Positions 36,495 through 41,560 of a stretch of DNA of 41,560 nucleotides are shown here, piece after piece; position 1 is the stretch's first letter, and each line of letters begins with the position of its first letter. This DNA comes from an uncultured Acetobacteraceae bacterium (GTDB taxonomy: Bacteria > Pseudomonadota > Alphaproteobacteria > Acetobacterales > Acetobacteraceae). The position numbers and the translations under genes were made by a program. The notes beneath the pieces were generated by a model. The model had not been told where the DNA came from, did no database searches, and saw only the letters and a list, made by a program, of their open reading frames with translations. The stretch covers positions 1 through 41,560 of the forward strand of contig CALGVL010000315.1 in NCBI GenBank assembly GCA_937930165.1, written 5' to 3'.

Positions 36495-37823
36495 ATGGAA
36501 TCGATCACCCGCCGCGGCGCCCTGGCCCTGGGCGCCGGTGCCTTTGCTGCCGGCAGCCTGGGGCGGCAGGCCGGCGCCGCCATTCCCCGCGCGGATGTCG
36601 CCCCGCCCAAGCTGCCGATCGAGTCCGGCGCCTCGCTGCGCGTTATCCGCCCCGCCCGCTTCGTCGAGCCGGACGAGGTGATCTTCCGCGAGAACGCGGC
36701 CCGCTTCAGCGAGCAGTACAAGGTGCCTGTCCGCGTTGATTTCGTCGGCTGGGAGGACATCCGCCCGCAGACCGCCGTCATCGCCAATACCGGCAGCGGC
36801 CCGGATGTGGTGATCGGCTGGGGCGACGACCCGCACATCTATGCCGACAAGCTGATCGAGCTGTCCGATGTCGCGGAGTATCTCGGCAAGCGCTATGGCG
36901 GCTGGGCCTTCCTGGCGGAGAAATACGGCAAGCGGCACCGCACGAGCAATTGGATCGGCATTCCCTTCGGCGGCAGCACCGGGCCGATCGTCTACCGCGC
37001 CTCCACGGTGCGGGAAGCCGGCTTCGACCAGGTCCCGGACGATCATGCGGGCTACCTGAAGCTCCTCCAGGCGATGAAGCGGCTGGACAAGCCGGCGGGC
37101 TTCGCCCTGGGCAATGCGGTCGGCGACGGCAACGGCTTTGCCAACTGGCTGCTCTGGTCGCACGGCGCTGCCCTGACCGACGAGGATGGCAAGATCACCA
37201 TCAACAGCCGCGAGACCATCGAGGCGCTGAACTACCTGCGGGAGCTGTACCCCACCTTCGTCTCCGGCGTGCTCTCCTGGCTCGATCCCAGCAACAACCG
37301 CGCCTATTCGGCGCAGGAGATCCACCTCACTGCCAATGGCGTCTCGCTCTATTTCGCGTTGAAGAACGATCCCAGGACCCGGCCGATCGCCGAGGATACC
37401 GAGCACCGGCCATTGCCGCGCGGCCGGGCGAGCGCGCCGCCGCAGGGCGCCACCGTTCTGAACGCGATGATCTTCCGCCATGTGCAGTATCCGAACGCGG
37501 CCAAGGAGTTCATCCGCTTCATGATGGAGGCGGAGCAGTACGAGCCCTGGCTCTCCGGCTGCCTCGGCTACTGGTCGCAGCCGCTGGCCGCCTATCGGGA
37601 GGCGGCCTTCTGGAATTCCGACCGCAAGATCACCCTGTTCCGCGATGCGATGAACCATCCGTACTGGGCCGGCTACAAGGGGCCGATCTCCCAGGCCTCC
37701 GGCGCGGTGAATGCGGATTACGTGCTGGTGCAGATGTGCGCTGCGGTCGCCTCCGGCCAGCAGACGCCGGAAGCCGCGGCGCGGGAGGCGGAGCGCCGCG
37801 CCCGCCGCGCCTACCGCACCTGA
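36495..37823 (+). CDS. ABC transporter substrate-binding protein (family 1 extracellular solute-binding), Tat signal
   Basis: Track ORF 36390..37823 trimmed to ATG 36495 (SD GGGAGGA). MESITRRGALALGAGAFAAGSLGRQAGAA twin-arginine signal. 442 aa. Confidence 0.8.
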   Translation: MESITRRGALALGAGAFAAGSLGRQAGAAIPRADVAPPKLPIESGASLRVIRPARFVEPDEVIFRENAARFSEQYKVPVRVDFVGWEDIRPQTAVIANTGSGPDVVIGWGDDPHIYADKLIELSDVAEYLGKRYGGWAFLAEKYGKRHRTSNWIGIPFGGSTGPIVYRASTVREAGFDQVPDDHAGYLKLLQAMKRLDKPAGFALGNAVGDGNGFANWLLWSHGAALTDEDGKITINSRETIEALNYLRELYPTFVSGVLSWLDPSNNRAYSAQEIHLTANGVSLYFALKNDPRTRPIAEDTEHRPLPRGRASAPPQGATVLNAMIFRHVQYPNAAKEFIRFMMEAEQYEPWLSGCLGYWSQPLAAYREAAFWNSDRKITLFRDAMNHPYWAGYKGPISQASGAVNADYVLVQMCAAVASGQQTPEAAAREAERRARRAYRT

Positions 37824-37831
37824 TCCGGAAC

Positions 37832-37861
37832 AAGCCGGCGCGTCCCGTGGCGCGCCGGCTT
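37832..37861 (+). terminator. strong GC hairpin between the SBP and dioxygenase genes (terminator or attenuator candidate)
   Basis: AAGCCGGCGCG (37832-37842) pairs with CGCGCCGGCTT (37851-37861): a perfect 11-bp stem with an 8-nt loop, starting 9 nt after the SBP stop. Confidence 0.5.
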
Positions 37862-37923
37862 GACCGACCATGCCCTGCGGGCGCTACCATTCCTCCGCGC
37901 ACCAGAAGCAGGAGGAAACGACA

Positions 37924-38808
37924 ATGGCGCTGCAACTCACCCCGCTCCACCCACTCTTTGTTGCGGAGGTGAAGGGCATCGATCTGCGCCAGACACCGGG
38001 CCCGGAGCTCTGCGCGGAGATCGACCGCGCCATGGACCGCTACGCCGTACTGGTCTTCCGTGATCAGCAGATTGACGACGACCAGCAGATGGCCTTCGGC
38101 CAGGCGCTCGGCCCGCTGGAGCAGGACCGGGCAACGGTGGATGTCCACAAGATGCGCCTGAAGCACCAGCAGATGAACGACATCTCCAACCTGGATGTGG
38201 ACGGCAAGCTTCTCGCGCTCGATGACCGGCGGCGCATGTTCAATCTTGGCAACCAGCTCTGGCACAGCGACAGCAGCTTCAAGCCGACGCCCGCCAAATA
38301 TTCCATGCTGCACGCCCGCGTGATCCCGCCCGAGGGCGGCGAGACGGAATTTGCCGACATGCGCGCCGCCTGGGATGCGCTGCCTGCGAAGGTGAAGGCG
38401 CAGGTGAAGGATCTCGTCACCCGGCATTCGCTGATCTATTCGCGCGGCCAGCTCGGCTTCGAGGAATATACCGAAGAGGAGAAGCGGCGCTTCGCTCCGG
38501 TCCGGCAGCGGTTGGTGCGCTGGCATCCCGGTTCGGGGCGGCATTCGATCTATCTCTCATCCCATATCGGGGAGATCGAGGGCTGGCCGCGTCCGGAAGC
38601 GATGATGCTGATCCGCAACCTGACGGAATTCGCGACGCAGCGGCAATTCGTCTACACGCATCACTGGCGGCAATGGGACCTGGTGATGTGGGACAACCGC
38701 TGCACCATGCACCGCGCCCGGCCCTTCGATGACAAGACCTATCCGCGCGACATGCGGCGCGTGACCCTGATGGACGCGGCGCCGACGCTGGAGCAGCAGG
38801 CGGCCTGA
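37924..38808 (+). CDS. TauD/TfdA-family Fe(II)/2-oxoglutarate-dependent dioxygenase
   Basis: Track ORF 37870..38808 trimmed to ATG 37924 (SD GCAGGAGGAA). LWHSDSSF (HxD facial triad), distal His (CTMHRARPF). Confidence 0.85.
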   Translation: MALQLTPLHPLFVAEVKGIDLRQTPGPELCAEIDRAMDRYAVLVFRDQQIDDDQQMAFGQALGPLEQDRATVDVHKMRLKHQQMNDISNLDVDGKLLALDDRRRMFNLGNQLWHSDSSFKPTPAKYSMLHARVIPPEGGETEFADMRAAWDALPAKVKAQVKDLVTRHSLIYSRGQLGFEEYTEEEKRRFAPVRQRLVRWHPGSGRHSIYLSSHIGEIEGWPRPEAMMLIRNLTEFATQRQFVYTHHWRQWDLVMWDNRCTMHRARPFDDKTYPRDMRRVTLMDAAPTLEQQAA

Positions 38809-38826
38809 CCCGGCCCGTGCCGGGTC
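38807..38826. terminator. hairpin between the convergent dioxygenase and kinase genes
   Basis: GACCCGGC (38807-38814), loop CCGT, GCCGGGTC (38819-38826). Overlaps the dioxygenase stop codon. Confidence 0.4.
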
Positions 38827-38869
38827 GGCGCTCCACGCACCAGGCATTTCCGTCCGGGGTGGCCGCAGG

Positions 38870-40591
38870 CTAGGCTGCCTCTCCCAGCCGGGGGTGGGGG
38901 GAAGCGGGCGGCTGCCGCCCCGCCATATCCTGCACCACCTGCCGCGCCGGCAGGGTCAGGGTGACGGCCAGCCCCTCCGGGCGCCAGTCGAATTCCAGCC
39001 GCCCGCCCAGCTGCCGCTCCGCCAGCGAGACCAGCATGCGGGAGCCGAAGCCCCGCCGCGCCGGCGGCCCCTCGATCGCCGGCCCGCCGGACTCGCGCCA
39101 GATCAGGCGCAACCCCTCCTCCGGCGCGGTGAATTCCCAGCGCAGCGCGACCCGTCCCTCCGGCACCGAGAGCGCGCCATGCTTCGCCGCATTGGTCGCC
39201 AGCTCATGCAGCAGCATCGCCACCGGCTGCACCGCATCGGCCGCGAGGCGCACCGCCGGGCCGGTCAGCTCCGCCCGGTCCAGCATCCCGAGGAGCTCGC
39301 CCTCGGCCAGGCTGCGCAGGCTGGCGCCGCCCCAGCGGCCGCCGGCCAGCAGGGAATGCGCCCGGGCCATGGCGGCGATGCGGCCCTCGACCGCCGCGGC
39401 GAAGCGGCCGGCATCCTCGCGCGGCGTCAGCCGCACCAGGGACAGCGCCACCGCCATCACATTCTTGGCGCGATGGTCCAGTTCCCGCATCAGCAGGGCG
39501 CGCTGCTGCTCCGCCTGGCGCCGCTCCCGCCCCGCCTGGGCCAGGGCGGCGATCATCGCATCGGCCTCCGGCAGGCCGGTGGTGGGGCTTGCCGCCTCCG
39601 GCTTGGCCGCCGCCACGGCGACGCGATGAAAGGCGGCGAGGATGCGCCGGGCCAGGAACAGCGCTAGGCCGATCCCGGCCAGCGCAGGCGCCGCCCCGAT
39701 GCCCAGCGCCCGCAGCAGCGCCGCCCGGGCCGGCGCCTCGAAGGCCGCCGCCGGCATGGTGAGGACGGCGCTATAGCCACTGGTCGGCGCCCGGGCGAAG
39801 GCCAGCACGACCGGAATGCCCTCCCGCGTCCTCACCCCATGGATCACGCCGGCCTCCTTCGCTTTCAGCCAGGCAAGGACAGGCTCCCCGGCCGCCTTGC
39901 CGAGGCTCTCCCGGTCATTGAGGCTGCGGGCCACGACGGTCCCCTCGCGGTCCAGCACGGCGGCGGTCCAGCCCTCCGCCATCGGCTGGGCCTGGCGCTG
40001 CAGCAGGGCGACCAGCCTCTCCCGCACCAGGGCCATGCACAGGGCGTAGCCGGGGCGCGCCGAGGAGGCCGGGACCGCAATGGCGATCGAAGGCTGCCGC
40101 CCGTCAGAGGGCAGGCGGAGATTGCTGGTTTCCGCCCTGCCACCGGCGAGGCTGCGCTGCACCAGCTCCGGCGCGCGCACTCCGCTGCGCCGCTCCCCCA
40201 GCGCCCAGGCGGTGCTGAGCAGCAGCATGCCATCCGCCCCGGCCAGGGAGATCGTCGCCCCGCCGAACCGGGCCGAGCCGGCGCGCATCTCCGCCTCGAA
40301 GCCATCGAGGTCGCCGGCCCGTAGGGCGGCGGAACCGGCGAGGGTTTCCAGCAGGATGACGGCGCGGCCGAATTCCCGGTCCACCAGCCCGGCCAGGCTG
40401 CGGCTCCGGTCCAGCAGCGCCTGCTCGGCGCGGCGGCGCTGTGCCTGATCGGCCTGCCAGACCGTGCCGGCGGCGAGCGCCAGCATCGGCACCGCCACGG
40501 CGGCGACCAGCAGCAGCAGGCGCGTGCGCAGCCCGCGCACGCCCCCGCCCTTGGTGGGGACGGCCGGCGCATCCTGTCCCTCGGGGATCAT
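38870..40591 (-). CDS. HWE/HisKA_2-family sensor histidine kinase with a periplasmic Cache-like domain
   Basis: Track ORF 38870..40702 trimmed to ATG 40591. TM1 at about residues 24-44, about 280-aa periplasmic region, TM2, then ELDHRAKNVMAVALSLVRLT (H box), HELATNAAKHGAL (N box), LRWEF/IWRESGGP (WxE). Confidence 0.85.
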   Translation of the reverse strand: MIPEGQDAPAVPTKGGGVRGLRTRLLLLVAAVAVPMLALAAGTVWQADQAQRRRAEQALLDRSRSLAGLVDREFGRAVILLETLAGSAALRAGDLDGFEAEMRAGSARFGGATISLAGADGMLLLSTAWALGERRSGVRAPELVQRSLAGGRAETSNLRLPSDGRQPSIAIAVPASSARPGYALCMALVRERLVALLQRQAQPMAEGWTAAVLDREGTVVARSLNDRESLGKAAGEPVLAWLKAKEAGVIHGVRTREGIPVVLAFARAPTSGYSAVLTMPAAAFEAPARAALLRALGIGAAPALAGIGLALFLARRILAAFHRVAVAAAKPEAASPTTGLPEADAMIAALAQAGRERRQAEQQRALLMRELDHRAKNVMAVALSLVRLTPREDAGRFAAAVEGRIAAMARAHSLLAGGRWGGASLRSLAEGELLGMLDRAELTGPAVRLAADAVQPVAMLLHELATNAAKHGALSVPEGRVALRWEFTAPEEGLRLIWRESGGPAIEGPPARRGFGSRMLVSLAERQLGGRLEFDWRPEGLAVTLTLPARQVVQDMAGRQPPASPHPRLGEAA

Positions 40592-40760
40592 GGGCGGCGG
40601 TCCGCGGCTCCGTTCGGTGCGCAATAGTCTAATACATAATATGCAAGTTGAATCCTGACCATCCGCCTGCGCCGCTGCGGCGTTGCGGGCAGGGCGCGAC
40701 AAAGCCGCCTGGCCGGATTACAACAGCGTCAGTGTTCCCGTTTCGTGCTAAAGGGCGCCC

Positions 40761-41560
40761 ATGGCCAAGGATCGCACCCGCTTCGTCTGCCAGGCTTGCG
40801 GCGCCGCCCATCCGAAATGGCAGGGGCGCTGCGAGGCCTGTGGCGAATGGAACACGCTGCAGGAAGAAGCGCCGTCGCCGCGGCCGAGCGGTCCTGCGGC
40901 CAGGGCCGGCGGCGGCAGAAAGGTGGAATTCGTCGGCCTGCAAGGGGAAACGGCGCCGCCGCCCCGCATCCCGACCGGGCTGGCGGAACTCGACCGCGTA
41001 TTGGGCGGGGGGCTGGTGCCGGCCTCCGCCGTGCTGGTGGGTGGCGATCCGGGCATCGGCAAGTCCACCATCCTGCTCCAGGCTGCCGCCCGCATTGCCG
41101 AGACCTTGTCCCCCGGCGGCCGGCGCGTGCTGTATGTGAGCGGCGAGGAGGCCGTGGAGCAGGTGCGGCTCAGGGCCCTGCGCCTGGGGCTGGAGAGGGC
41201 GCCGCTGGCCCTGGCCGCCGCCACTGCGCTCCGCGACATCGCCGCCAGCCTGGAGCAGGAGCGCGAGGCCGCGCTGGTGGTGATCGATTCCATCCAGACC
41301 CTCTGGCTGGACGCGCTGGATTCCGCGCCGGGCACGGTGGCGCAGGTGCGCGCCTGCGCGGCGGAGCTGATCCGCCTGGCCAAATCGCGCGGCTTCGCCC
41401 TGGTGCTGGTCGGCCATGTGACCAAGGAAGGCACGCTGGCCGGGCCGCGGGTGCTGGAGCACATGGTGGATGCCACCCTCTATTTCGAAGGCGATCGCGG
41501 CCACCAGTTCCGCATCCTGCGCGCGGTGAAGAACCGCTTCGGCGCCACCGACGAGATCGG
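40761..41560 (+). CDS. radA: DNA repair protein RadA (Sms); 3' end cut by window edge
   Basis: MAKDRTRFVCQACGAAHPKWQGRCEACGEWNTL (Zn finger), Walker A GGDPGIGKST, ...LVLVGHVTKEGTLAGPRVLEHMVD..., KNRFG motif. No stop within the window, so it is not in the track. Confidence 0.93.
   Translation, partial: MAKDRTRFVCQACGAAHPKWQGRCEACGEWNTLQEEAPSPRPSGPAARAGGGRKVEFVGLQGETAPPPRIPTGLAELDRVLGGGLVPASAVLVGGDPGIGKSTILLQAAARIAETLSPGGRRVLYVSGEEAVEQVRLRALRLGLERAPLALAAATALRDIAASLEQEREAALVVIDSIQTLWLDALDSAPGTVAQVRACAAELIRLAKSRGFALVLVGHVTKEGTLAGPRVLEHMVDATLYFEGDRGHQFRILRAVKNRFGATDEI

Noticed and set aside
40592-40760. EcfG-type general stress promoter (GGAAC-N16/17-CGTT) for the HWE kinase, and CtrA boxes (TTAA-N7-TTAA) in the kinase/radA and dnaB upstream regions.
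   Set aside because: A GGGAAC is present on the minus strand near 40733 but with no properly spaced CGTT. No paired TTAA half-sites were found.
1-41560. CRISPR arrays, IS elements or transposases, prophage genes, toxin-antitoxin pairs, known defence-system genes, rRNA, and riboswitches I can recognise by eye.
   Set aside because: None seen. There are no spaced identical repeats and no DDE, integrase, reverse-transcriptase or nuclease-NTPase defence signatures in any credible ORF. The intergenic hairpins do not share a common (REP-like) sequence.

Overview
High-G+C chromosomal segment. Gene content and synteny (psd-pssA, dnaB-alr...radA, DUF2842, HWE-type kinase, Bug-like binding protein) suggest an alphaproteobacterium, possibly Acetobacteraceae or Rhodospirillales; this is inference, not a database hit. 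I call 44 protein-coding genes. Two are cut by the window edges and are absent from the ORF track because they have no stop: sbcD on the left and radA on the right. There is also one disrupted gene and one tRNA-Pro(CGG). Many long track ORFs are antisense shadows or upstream extensions typical of high-GC DNA, so I trimmed starts using homology-like N-termini, Shine-Dalgarno motifs and start/stop overlaps. Layout: (1) 1-7.6 kb holds sbcD, an EamA transporter, an MBL hydrolase, an HD hydrolase, an O-methyltransferase, an epimerase, a Bug-like binding protein, apt and DUF2842. (2) 7.6-8.5 kb holds a compositionally atypical orphan membrane gene, a strong bidirectional terminator and tRNA-Pro. (3) 8.6-14.5 kb holds LOG, cytochrome c', cytochrome b561, two envelope proteins and psd-pssA. 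(4) 14.7-31.8 kb is a block of metabolic genes with no regulator: an LLM monooxygenase-hydrolase-esterase-SDR operon, a LivGFHM+SBP-type ABC importer, MOSC plus a broken PDR-type reductase plus a PaaI thioesterase, three coupled CoA-transferase genes, GNAT, dienelactone hydrolase, MFS and flavin reductase. (5) 31.9-41.6 kb holds dnaB, alr-mlaE-mlaF, an orphan SBP, a TfdA/TauD dioxygenase, an orphan HWE histidine kinase and radA. I found no transposase, integrase, CRISPR, rRNA, phage, toxin-antitoxin or recognisable defence genes, and no DNA-binding transcription factor. I do not see a convincing novel multi-gene system, and the window looks largely ordinary. The most checkable oddities are the out-of-frame internal deletion in the PDR/VanB-type reductase, the uncharacterised LLM/hydrolase/ABC and triple CoA-transferase modules, a 401-bp intergenic region with an SD-preceded uORF abutting an SD-less livG-like start, the tRNA-adjacent orphan gene, and several short regulatory-looking motifs (a perfect DnaA box before dnaB, direct repeats before the O-methyltransferase, an AT-rich island).
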